Origin: a virus
Taxonomy: Duplodnaviria > Caudoviricetes
Virus record (IMG/VR): IMGVR_UViG_3300035182_002389
Location: 32,001-96,000 of that record
Direction: 5' to 3' (one strand)
Length of the DNA: 64,000 nucleotides
A program made the position numbers and the translations under genes. The notes beneath the pieces are model-generated. The model made no database searches. It was not told the DNA's origin and saw only the letters and a list, made by a program, of their open reading frames with translations. This document shows, in pieces, positions 45,084-52,630 of the stretch. The number at the start of each line of letters is the position of its first letter. Position 1 is the stretch's first letter.

Positions 45084-45271
45084 CCGTTCTGCACCTCGGC
45101 CCCGCTGTCCTGCCCGCGTGGACGTGGCCCGAAGAGGCCACCTACAACACCTGGCACATGGAGCTTCGCAACGACAAGCTCGACCTGCACCACGGCTTCT
45201 ACCTGCTGCTCGCCTACCTCTCGGGCGCGTACTACCCCACCGCCACCATCTCGGAGGGAAACGAGCCGTGA
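45080..45271 (+). CDS. Small hypothetical protein
   Basis: ATGA overlap. Confidence 0.45.
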   Translation: MTVLHLGPAVLPAWTWPEEATYNTWHMELRNDKLDLHHGFYLLLAYLSGAYYPTATISEGNEP

Positions 45272-45489
45272 GCGCCCTGAACTGCACTGGCCCGCGCGAC
45301 GGGCAGCCTTTCGCCGAGCGGTGCGGGCTGCCGGCAGCGTACCGCACGCCGAGCGGCGATCGGTGCGAGGCGTGCGCCGAGCGCGAGAAGGCTGCCATCC
45401 GTGACGGCGCGTGCATCCTCGCGATCCTGGCCGACAAGAAGGGCGTTTCACGTGAAACGTTGCTCGCGAAGTACGTGAGGATCCAATGA
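45268..45489 (+). CDS. Small hypothetical protein
   Basis: GTGA overlap. Confidence 0.45.
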   Translation: MSALNCTGPRDGQPFAERCGLPAAYRTPSGDRCEACAEREKAAIRDGACILAILADKKGVSRETLLAKYVRIQ

Positions 45490-45845
45490 GCGACGACGCA
45501 ATCATCGAACCGCCCGCGCCCGCGACCATCGAAAGTTCCGCGTCCACCGAGGAAGGCGTTTCCGAAGCCTTTGATGTGAGCAACGTCGTGCATCTCGTGC
45601 CTCGCGCGCACGAGGACAAGTGGCCCGAGGCGACCGAGTTCCTCAAGCAGCTCGTCGCGATGTCCGAGCGCGGAGAGCTTGCCCAGATCGGCATCGTCTT
45701 CGAGCGCGTCGACACGGTGTCGAGCTTTCGCGCCATCTTCCGGCCGGGGTCGAGGCCGGCCCGTCTCCTTGGCGAGCTGGAAGTCATGCGCACCGCCATC
45801 GCCATCCACCTCTGCCCGCGCCCCACGACCGAGGTCAAACCATGA
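45486..45845 (+). CDS. Hypothetical protein
   Basis: ATGA overlap. Confidence 0.55.
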   Translation: MSDDAIIEPPAPATIESSASTEEGVSEAFDVSNVVHLVPRAHEDKWPEATEFLKQLVAMSERGELAQIGIVFERVDTVSSFRAIFRPGSRPARLLGELEVMRTAIAIHLCPRPTTEVKP

Positions 45846-45995
45846 CCGACAAGCACGAGCCCGCGCGCCTCGATTTCGACCGGATCCGCGAGCGAAGTCG
45901 CAACTCGAAACCATCTGCCCAACGAATAAATCGCCGTTATACGCAGGACCGATGAACTCGACGTATAACGCGAGCGCGAGACGGGACGAAAAGGA

Positions 45996-46061
45996 CGGCC
46001 TTCGGCCGAGCACGGGCTTCGCCCGAGGACGCGCCTTCGGCGCGAGAACGGCCTGCGGCCG
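45996..46061. repeat. Four-hairpin triloop array, copy 4
   Basis: CGGCC-TTC-GGCCG AGCA CGGGC-TTC-GCCCG AGGA CGCGCC-TTC-GGCGCG AGAA CGGCC-TGC-GGCCG. Confidence 0.9.
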
Positions 46062-46082
46062 AGGCGAAAAGGAACGACGAAC

Positions 46083-46466
46083 ATGACGTATGACGAGATT
46101 TCGCCGACCATGCGCCAGGCCCTCGCGACCTGGGAGGCGTTCCGGCGCCTCGGGTTCTCGGCCGCCGACATCTTCTCGATGATTGCGAAGACCCTCGCGC
46201 GCGAGGAGGACGGCCGCGTCGTCGAGGTCTTGGCCTTCTTCATCGCCCTCCGATCGCAGGGTCGAGAGTTCTCCATCACCATCGGCGAGATCGAGGACGC
46301 GGACGCGGCCGAAGCCGAGTGGGCCCGTGTCGCGAACGCTCTACCAGGCATGGACGAAGAAACGGTCCGCCGCATCTGGTTCGAGAGCGAAATCTGCGGC
46401 CGGCTCGTCGCGCTCGGTCAGTCGCTCGCGGCCAAGGGCTTTCACATCCCCATCCTCGGCAACTGA
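46083..46466 (+). CDS. Hypothetical protein
   Basis: AAGGA RBS. Confidence 0.6.
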   Translation: MTYDEISPTMRQALATWEAFRRLGFSAADIFSMIAKTLAREEDGRVVEVLAFFIALRSQGREFSITIGEIEDADAAEAEWARVANALPGMDEETVRRIWFESEICGRLVALGQSLAAKGFHIPILGN

Positions 46467-46623
46467 ACATGCTCGACGTCCAGAAGCTTCGCGAGGAGTT
46501 TGAGAAGGCCGCGGCGCTGCTCGCTTCGATGCCGCCGTGGTTTCAGACCATGAGAGCGAGGCGCCTCGCCTACCTCCAGTACATCGCGAACCAGAAGAAC
46601 CTGTAGGCCCGAGGAGCAAGACC

Positions 46624-46890
46624 ATGTGCGAGTGCATTCAGCGCGCGAACGAGATGTTCAAAGAGCACAACATTCGCATCGTCACGCCCATGACGATCGA
46701 CGACAAGCGCAGGCTTGGCCCGCTTGCGAAGGCGACCATCCTCACCGAGAGGCTCGACAAGAAGAAGCGCGGCAACCCGATGTCGCTGGTCGCGACCTTC
46801 TGCCCGTTCTGCGGCGTCAAGTACGACGCAGGCAAGGACGAAGACGTGGAGGTCATCGCCGAGTCAAAACCTCGCGCGAAAGTCGTCTGA
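46624..46890 (+). CDS. Hypothetical protein (CxC...CPFCG)
   Basis: GAGGAG RBS. Confidence 0.6.
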   Translation: MCECIQRANEMFKEHNIRIVTPMTIDDKRRLGPLAKATILTERLDKKKRGNPMSLVATFCPFCGVKYDAGKDEDVEVIAESKPRAKVV

Positions 46891-46892
46891 TC

Positions 46893-47093
46893 ATGTCGAA
46901 GAACAAAATCGTCGCCGCGCTCGTGCACTTCATCAACTTCGGCATCAGCTCCGACAGCTACTACTCGTGCGGGGAGGGCAAAGAGCACCTCAAGACCGCC
47001 AAGGCCTTCTGGGACGATCAGCACCGGCTCTGCTTCACGATGAAGGGCAAGACCTACAAGTTCGCGTTCGAGTGCGTCGAGGAAGCGACGTGA
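46893..47093 (+). CDS. Small hypothetical protein
   Basis: In the gene chain. Confidence 0.5.
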   Translation: MSKNKIVAALVHFINFGISSDSYYSCGEGKEHLKTAKAFWDDQHRLCFTMKGKTYKFAFECVEEAT

Positions 47094-47413
47094 AGGACCC
47101 CATGCCGAGAGACCTCGCCAAGCTCAAGCTCTTCACCGTTTCCGTTTCTCTGAACTTCGACATGGCCGTCTTCGCGGGCGACGAGAAGGAGGCTCGCAAG
47201 GTCGCGCAGCGGCACTGGTCGACCGACGCCGCAGGCCTCGCGGTCGAGCCCGATTTCATGCCCGTCGAGATGACCGAGCAACGCCACACGCGCGGCGACT
47301 GCGACCTCGACATGTTGCCGTGGGCCCCCGAGGGCACCATCTGCGAGAGCGGATGCGAGAACCCGCAGCGCACGCTCGACGAGTACCTGACCGAGCGCGG
47401 CCTCAAGGGATGA
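47090..47413 (+). CDS. Small hypothetical protein
   Basis: FTVSVSLNFDMAVFAGDEKEA, similar to 28123. Confidence 0.55.
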   Translation: MKDPMPRDLAKLKLFTVSVSLNFDMAVFAGDEKEARKVAQRHWSTDAAGLAVEPDFMPVEMTEQRHTRGDCDLDMLPWAPEGTICESGCENPQRTLDEYLTERGLKG

Positions 47414-47417
47414 CGCC

Positions 47418-47843
47418 GTGTTCTTGCGCCACGTGAAATATCACTACGTCATCTACGGCGACGGGGACAGCAGCTACGGGCCCATCACGCCGAAGCGTCT
47501 GTCGCCGGGCGCCAAACGATTCTGGAACCGTTATGGGCTCGGGGATGCGGAAGAGGCCGTCGTCGCGTACGAGAACGGCAGGCTCGTCGGCTTTTTTCGC
47601 TTCTCGGTCGGTGAGAGGTTCCGTCTTCGCACCGATCCGATCGCCATCATGCGTCTGGTCGCGGGCGGCACGTGGGTCGACACTTCGGCGCGCCGGCGAG
47701 GGCTCGGCAAACGCATGTGGAAGTACGCCATCGAGCGTACGAAGCCTGCGGAGATCGACGTGTCCGTCGTCAGTCGAGGGGGAGGCGCGCTCATTCAGAG
47801 CCTCCAACGCGACTACCACACGCTTCGATGGGACACGTACTGA
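47418..47843 (+). CDS. GNAT-family acetyltransferase
   Basis: GTWVDTSARRRGLGKRM (acetyl-CoA motif A). Confidence 0.75.
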   Translation: MFLRHVKYHYVIYGDGDSSYGPITPKRLSPGAKRFWNRYGLGDAEEAVVAYENGRLVGFFRFSVGERFRLRTDPIAIMRLVAGGTWVDTSARRRGLGKRMWKYAIERTKPAEIDVSVVSRGGGALIQSLQRDYHTLRWDTY

Positions 47844-47873
47844 GCGGCAAGCGAAAGTGGTATCGTTTTCGCC

Positions 47874-48770
47874 ATGCTCCCGCACGGCACGATCTACCTC
47901 TCGGGCGCGAGGACCCGTACGCTCGACGCGCAGATGCGGTACGCGAACGACCACGCAAACACGTGGGACGAGGTGCCGCCCATCGGCATCTTGCTCACGC
48001 CGAAGACGGCCGACCGTGACGACGATCTGCGCCCCGGGATGCAGAACGTCTACCACTACGTCGGCATCGACAACGGTTGCTTCACGCCGAGCGGACGCGC
48101 GAGGTTCGCTCAGCTCGGAATGAGTGGCTACCTCGCGCTCGGACAGAGGGCCTTGTCGCTCTGGGGCGACCACGTGCTCTTCATCACGGCGCCCGACGTG
48201 CCGGGCGATTGGGCAGGCACCCTGCGTGCGAGCTTGCCTGTGCTCCCCGCCCTGCGAAGGGCGATGCCCCACTGCGCGGCCATCGTGCTTCAAGACGGCG
48301 CGACGCCCGCGAACATCCCGTGGGACGAGATCGATTGGGTCTTCATCGGGGGCTCGACCGCGTGGAAGGTGTCGGCCTTCGCGCACGCATGCTCAAAAGA
48401 GGCCCACCGTCGCAGAAAAGGCGTTCACATGGGGCGCGTGAACTCGCTCCAGCGCCTTCGGGTCGCAAGCGAGTTCGGGTGCACGTCGGCCGACGGGACC
48501 TACTTGCGCGAGGAGATGATCACGGGCGGCCTCGTCGGGCTCAAGAAGGCCTTGAACATCGCCGTCGACCTTCGAGACCCTCGCGATCGCGCGCGCGGGG
48601 CCAAGCTCATCAAGGAGGCGCTCGCCAAGTACGGGCCCGAGACCGTCGAGGGCCGGGCGATTCGCACGCCCATGCAGGCGTACGAGGCGCGCGCCATCGA
48701 GACGATCTTCACCTGGGCCCGCGACTCCTGGGCTCGGGCGGGCGGGCTACGGGCGCTGCACGGACGCTAG
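47874..48770 (+). CDS. tRNA-guanine transglycosylase/DpdA-like TIM-barrel protein
   Basis: IDNGCF, APDVPGD, LQDG, FIGGS, HMGRVNS, SADGT; leaderless. Confidence 0.55.
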   Translation: MLPHGTIYLSGARTRTLDAQMRYANDHANTWDEVPPIGILLTPKTADRDDDLRPGMQNVYHYVGIDNGCFTPSGRARFAQLGMSGYLALGQRALSLWGDHVLFITAPDVPGDWAGTLRASLPVLPALRRAMPHCAAIVLQDGATPANIPWDEIDWVFIGGSTAWKVSAFAHACSKEAHRRRKGVHMGRVNSLQRLRVASEFGCTSADGTYLREEMITGGLVGLKKALNIAVDLRDPRDRARGAKLIKEALAKYGPETVEGRAIRTPMQAYEARAIETIFTWARDSWARAGGLRALHGR

Positions 48771-49150
48771 ACGGGTGCTCGGCGTCGCCATGGCCACGCT
48801 TCCGGCCCGGGGAGCGTCTGGAGACTCCCAGAGGGCAGCTTGACCCTCCGGCCGAACGTCCACGCGGCAGGGTCCGAAAGTCCGTCCACGAAGCGCTGGA
48901 GGTCCCGCGGCACGCCATAGGAGTAGATCACGACCTCAGCCGGCACCGATCGCCGGCCGTCGAGGATGGCCTCGACGACCCGGTGGGCGCCGTCGAGCAC
49001 GTAGAAGCGGCCCGCGCCGATGGCCGCGAGCTGCACAGGCTCGCCCGCATGCTCGCTCACGAGGCCTCGGCGCACGTGAGCGAGCGTATGGACGATCTTC
49101 TCGTCGGTCTGGTAGAGCCGTCGAAGGCTGATCGAAGACGGCACAGGCAA
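48767..49150 (-). CDS. ParB/sulfiredoxin-like domain protein
   Basis: FYVLDGAHRVVEA; start placed just downstream of the repeat. Confidence 0.55.
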   Translation of the reverse strand: MPVPSSISLRRLYQTDEKIVHTLAHVRRGLVSEHAGEPVQLAAIGAGRFYVLDGAHRVVEAILDGRRSVPAEVVIYSYGVPRDLQRFVDGLSDPAAWTFGRRVKLPSGSLQTLPGPEAWPWRRRAPV

Positions 49151-49157
49151 CCTCTTC

Positions 49158-49385
49158 TTCCCCGTTCCCGTTCCCGTTCCCGTTCCCGTTCCCAGCGCGC
49201 CAAAGGCGCGCGTTCCCGTTCCCGTTCCCGTTCCCGTTCCCGTTCCCGTTCCCGTTCCCGTTCCCAGCGCACCAAAGGCGCGCGTTCCCGTTCCCGACTC
49301 CCGAGCGAGACGAGATCGGGCAGCGGGAACGCTCGCTTCGCGAGCTGGAACGGGAACGCTCGCTTTGCTCGCTGGAACGAGGACG
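49158..49385. repeat. Large composite (GTTCCC)n...(GGGAAC)n palindromic element
   Basis: Runs of GTTCCC with AAA-loop hairpins, then GGGAAC with GCTCGC-TTC-GCGAGC. Confidence 0.9.
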
Positions 49386-49386
49386 A

Positions 49387-49926
49387 TCAGGCCGACTTGA
49401 CCGCGAGCGCGGGCACGTCGTCGGGCGTGAGCAGGACGACGGACTTGTCCGTCGTCGCCCGGATGGCGCTGAGCAGGTCTGCGCCCTTGAGCGCGCGCAC
49501 CGGCACGTTGGCGAGCGTCCCGCCCTGCTGGTAGCCGCCGAGGGTGTAGTCCGGGATGACGATCGTGTAGCCGTTCTGCGCGAGGAGCTTGAAGACGTCC
49601 GCGGCCGACTGGCCTGCCGGAATCGTCTGCCCAGCGGCCGGCGACAGCATCGAGATTTCGATGGCCGTCATCGTCGAGTTCGCGCCCTGCTTGTAGCCGA
49701 ACGCGCCGAAGCCGTAGCCCCCGCCGCTCATGAGCAGATCCGCGTCGGACTTCGCGAGCTTGACGGCCTGCACTTCGGGGAGCTTGTACTCGGGCGTCGC
49801 GGCCACGGGCGGCGGCAGCGCGGGCGCACCTCCCGCCGTCGGGGCGGCCGGCTTCTTCTTGTAGTAGTAGACGCCGACACCGATGGCGCCGGCACCGGCG
49901 AGGAGGAGGAGCGTAGAGGTCTTCAT
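49387..49926 (-). CDS. N-terminally membrane-anchored protein
   Basis: TLLLLAGAGAIGVGVYYYKKK. Confidence 0.7.
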   Translation of the reverse strand: MKTSTLLLLAGAGAIGVGVYYYKKKPAAPTAGGAPALPPPVAATPEYKLPEVQAVKLAKSDADLLMSGGGYGFGAFGYKQGANSTMTAIEISMLSPAAGQTIPAGQSAADVFKLLAQNGYTIVIPDYTLGGYQQGGTLANVPVRALKGADLLSAIRATTDKSVVLLTPDDVPALAVKSA

Positions 49927-49959
49927 GGGTTCTCCGAGGGACAGGGACGTGATGAGAAA

Positions 49960-50005
49960 TCGGGAACGGGGACGGGAACGCTCGCTGCGCGAGCTGGAAA
50001 AGGGG
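49960..50005. repeat. (GGGAAC)/GCTCGC-TGC-GCGAGC half element
   Basis: Matches the right arm at 22590-22645. Confidence 0.75.
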
Positions 50006-50010
50006 ACGGA

Positions 50011-50961
50011 TTACGCCGACGCGGCGGCGTAGAGCTTGTCGAACTCGTCTTGGTTCCAGCCGACCAGAAGGTCGCCGTTCATGTCGATCACGGGGATGGC
50101 GGTCGTTGCGCCGTTGGTCGCGGTGCCGAGCTTCGTCCACATCGTGAGGTTGTTCTGCGAGCAGGTCGCGTCGCCGCACGCCACGTCCGCGAACGTGTAG
50201 GGGATGCCGGCCGCGTCCGCGTAGGCTCTGGCGGCCTTCGTATGCCCACACCACGTCGCGCCGTAGATGGTGATGGCCGGTTCGACCTTCGTCGCCGGCG
50301 CAGGTGGCGTCGAGCTTGCGGGAGGCGTGTCCGATCCGGTGGGAAAGAGCGGAGGCGGCGCATTGTCTGCGGGCGGGGCGTTGTCCGTCGGCCTCGGCGC
50401 GAAGAGTTCGAGGCCGGCTCGAAAGCGCGACGAGAAGGCGGGCTGCAACGCCTTCAGCGCGGCCGGGCGAAACGCGATGAGGGCAGCCGCAGACTTGAGC
50501 ACGGTCGGTTGCAACTGTGCCTGCATCGTGCGCATCGCGCTGAAGCCGACCGGGGCTTGCCACGGCGTGAACCCGGTCGCGGCGTTCTGAAGCGCGTCGA
50601 TGACCACGCGGTTCTGGAGCAGCGGGGCCGATCGGAAGCTCTGCGAAGACGCGGGGCGCACGAGCTGCATCGTGCTCATCTGGACTTGGTCGGGGGCCTG
50701 GGCAGGCACGGGCGGAGGCTGCGCAGGAGGAGACGGCGACGGCGACGGCGCCGGCAGCGTGGCGATGGTCGGGCCCACCCACGCGCATTTTCCGCTTGGG
50801 TCGCACGCGTACTGCTGCGAGACCCCGTCCGGGAGCGTTCGTACGTCGCCGTCCTTCGCCGTGGTCGCAGGCGCCGAGGGCGTCTTCGTCTTCTTGTAGA
50901 GGACGTACGCGACGCCAACACCGGCGGCGCCGAGGAGCAGATGGAGAGGCTTGATCGACAT
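50011..50961 (-). CDS. Membrane-anchored protein with C-terminal glutaredoxin/NrdH-like domain
   Basis: TM LLLGAAGVGVAYVLYKK; ITIYGATWCGHTKAARAY...IPYTFADV...AIPVIDMNG. Confidence 0.75.
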   Translation of the reverse strand: MSIKPLHLLLGAAGVGVAYVLYKKTKTPSAPATTAKDGDVRTLPDGVSQQYACDPSGKCAWVGPTIATLPAPSPSPSPPAQPPPVPAQAPDQVQMSTMQLVRPASSQSFRSAPLLQNRVVIDALQNAATGFTPWQAPVGFSAMRTMQAQLQPTVLKSAAALIAFRPAALKALQPAFSSRFRAGLELFAPRPTDNAPPADNAPPPLFPTGSDTPPASSTPPAPATKVEPAITIYGATWCGHTKAARAYADAAGIPYTFADVACGDATCSQNNLTMWTKLGTATNGATTAIPVIDMNGDLLVGWNQDEFDKLYAAASA

Positions 50962-50971
50962 GAGGGTCCTC

Positions 50972-50986
50972 GGCTTACCGCAAGCC
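50972..50986. promoter_or_regulatory. Palindromic box
   Basis: GGCTTACCGCAAGCC. Confidence 0.6.
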
Positions 50987-50993
50987 TACACGT

Positions 50994-51416
50994 TCATCCG
51001 CGCGCGAGGTACTTCACGCATTCGGGGCCGATTCCGCTGGCGATGCTGGCCGGCACCGTGAGCCGCCTTCCACAGCGCCCGCAGCGGCCCTCGTGCCAGA
51101 CCTGGACCATCGGCGGCATCCGGCCCGCGGCGATGTATTTCCAGACCCACTCGAACGCCTTCGCGCTCGGGGCGCCTTCGCCGATCGTGCTCTTGTACGA
51201 GTGACGGTAGGCGCCGTCGGGAAAGACCGTGCCGAGGAACTGGAAGTCCGTCTCGTTCGACGAGCCCCGCAGCACGCCGACGAAGGTCGGCATCGTCGGG
51301 TTCTTTCGCCAGAGTCGGTAGGTGAAGCGCGTGCCCGTCTTTTCCGAGACGAGCGTGACCACCGCGCGACCCGCGAGCATGAAGTCGCGGATCTGTTTCG
51401 GGTCGTGCATCTGCAT
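50994..51416 (-). CDS. DUF6011-like zinc-finger phage protein
   Basis: EGRCGRCGRRLTVPASIASGIGPEC. Confidence 0.75.
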   Translation of the reverse strand: MQMHDPKQIRDFMLAGRAVVTLVSEKTGTRFTYRLWRKNPTMPTFVGVLRGSSNETDFQFLGTVFPDGAYRHSYKSTIGEGAPSAKAFEWVWKYIAAGRMPPMVQVWHEGRCGRCGRRLTVPASIASGIGPECVKYLARG

Positions 51417-51433
51417 GGGAGGATCCTTCGTGT

Positions 51434-52564
51434 TCAGACGAGCGTGCCGTCGGCGTAGACCCACGCCGTGCCATTCCACCAGATCGGTTTGCCGTTGGCT
51501 CCGAGGGAGGTGTCGAAGTACGGCAGGCCGATGTTCTGCCCCGCGGCGAGAGGCGGACGCTGCGCAGTCGGACCCGCGAACGAGATGCCGCCCGGCAGGT
51601 TCACGAGCGTGCCCGTGAAGCCCACGGTCGGCGGGGTCACCGGCGAAGAGGTGCCGATGATCCAGAGCTGCGTCGTGCCGTCGCCCGAGACGACGTTTGC
51701 GGGAGACTGGCCGGGATTCAGCAGCGAGAGGATGCCGATGGCGTTCGGCGCGATGGCGATGATCGGGGCCGTCGAACCTGGATCGATCACGGAGGCGTTG
51801 TACAGCGCGACGATGACGCCGGGCCCGCCTCCCGTGTTCGGGGCATCCATCAGCGCCCGGCTCCCGAGGTTGCTCAGCGCCGCGCCAAGCTGGAGCACGA
51901 GCGCAGGAGGTTCGGCGGGGTTCGGCGCGTCGAAGGCGAAGGTTGCGAGCGAGGAGGGGATTCCTCGCACGGTCATCGAACCGACGATGCTGCTCAGGTT
52001 GCGAAGCTGCACGCCTTCGGGCGCTTCGAGCCGGTTCATGTCGGGGTTGCTGAAGGCCACCGACCGAAGGGTCGCGAGCTTCATGTCGTAGACGCCGAGC
52101 GGAATCGAGAACGGTCCCGACGTGACGCAGTCGATCCAGACGTCGATGGGCGAGGCGCTGAGGGCGATGAGGTCCATGACCTCGCCCCAGGTGTGCGCGT
52201 AACGAACGTCGGTCGGCGGCGCGTCCGGCTTGAAGATGATGCTGACCGGGTTCTCGTCGATCGCAGGAGCGTCCACGATACTCGTGCGAATCCACCGACC
52301 GATGCCCGTCGCATCGTGCGAAGTGGCCTGCTTTGCGCACAGGGCGCCCATCGCATCGCGTGCTTGCGGACCGTTGCAGGTCGACAGGACGTTGACGCCC
52401 GTGACCGCCGGCGCCGGGACGTGGAAGCTCAACCTATAGTAGCGTTCGAGGCTCTCCACGTGCGCGAGGCAGCCATCTTCGAGGCCGCTCGTGTCCGTGT
52501 TCTGAAGATCGCACGTCGTCTCGACGCGCAGAAATCCCGGGAACGGATTGTAGCCTTCCGTCAT
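51434..52564 (-). CDS. Fibre/adhesin-like protein, paralogue A1
   Basis: MTEGYNPFPGFL N-terminus shared with 52631; C-terminal GLPYFDTSLG..KPIWWNGTAWV. Confidence 0.7.
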   Translation of the reverse strand: MTEGYNPFPGFLRVETTCDLQNTDTSGLEDGCLAHVESLERYYRLSFHVPAPAVTGVNVLSTCNGPQARDAMGALCAKQATSHDATGIGRWIRTSIVDAPAIDENPVSIIFKPDAPPTDVRYAHTWGEVMDLIALSASPIDVWIDCVTSGPFSIPLGVYDMKLATLRSVAFSNPDMNRLEAPEGVQLRNLSSIVGSMTVRGIPSSLATFAFDAPNPAEPPALVLQLGAALSNLGSRALMDAPNTGGGPGVIVALYNASVIDPGSTAPIIAIAPNAIGILSLLNPGQSPANVVSGDGTTQLWIIGTSSPVTPPTVGFTGTLVNLPGGISFAGPTAQRPPLAAGQNIGLPYFDTSLGANGKPIWWNGTAWVYADGTLV

Positions 52565-52600
52565 GAAGACCATCGTCCTCGATCTACGCGGGCGAGACAA

Positions 52601-52615
52601 GGCTTACGCCAAGTC
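52601..52615. promoter_or_regulatory. Palindromic box
   Basis: GGCTTACGCCAAGTC. Confidence 0.6.
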
Positions 52616-52630
52616 TCACCCGGCCCAGGT

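Noticed and set aside
4496-49385. CRISPR array
   Set aside because: Repeats are short hairpins or hexamer runs with 4-nt linkers; there are no unique 25-45 nt spacers and no cas genes.
48767-50806. 679-aa ORF with (GT)n repeats fused to a ParB-like domain
   Set aside because: It runs through other genes and an intergenic repeat; the real gene probably starts near 49150.
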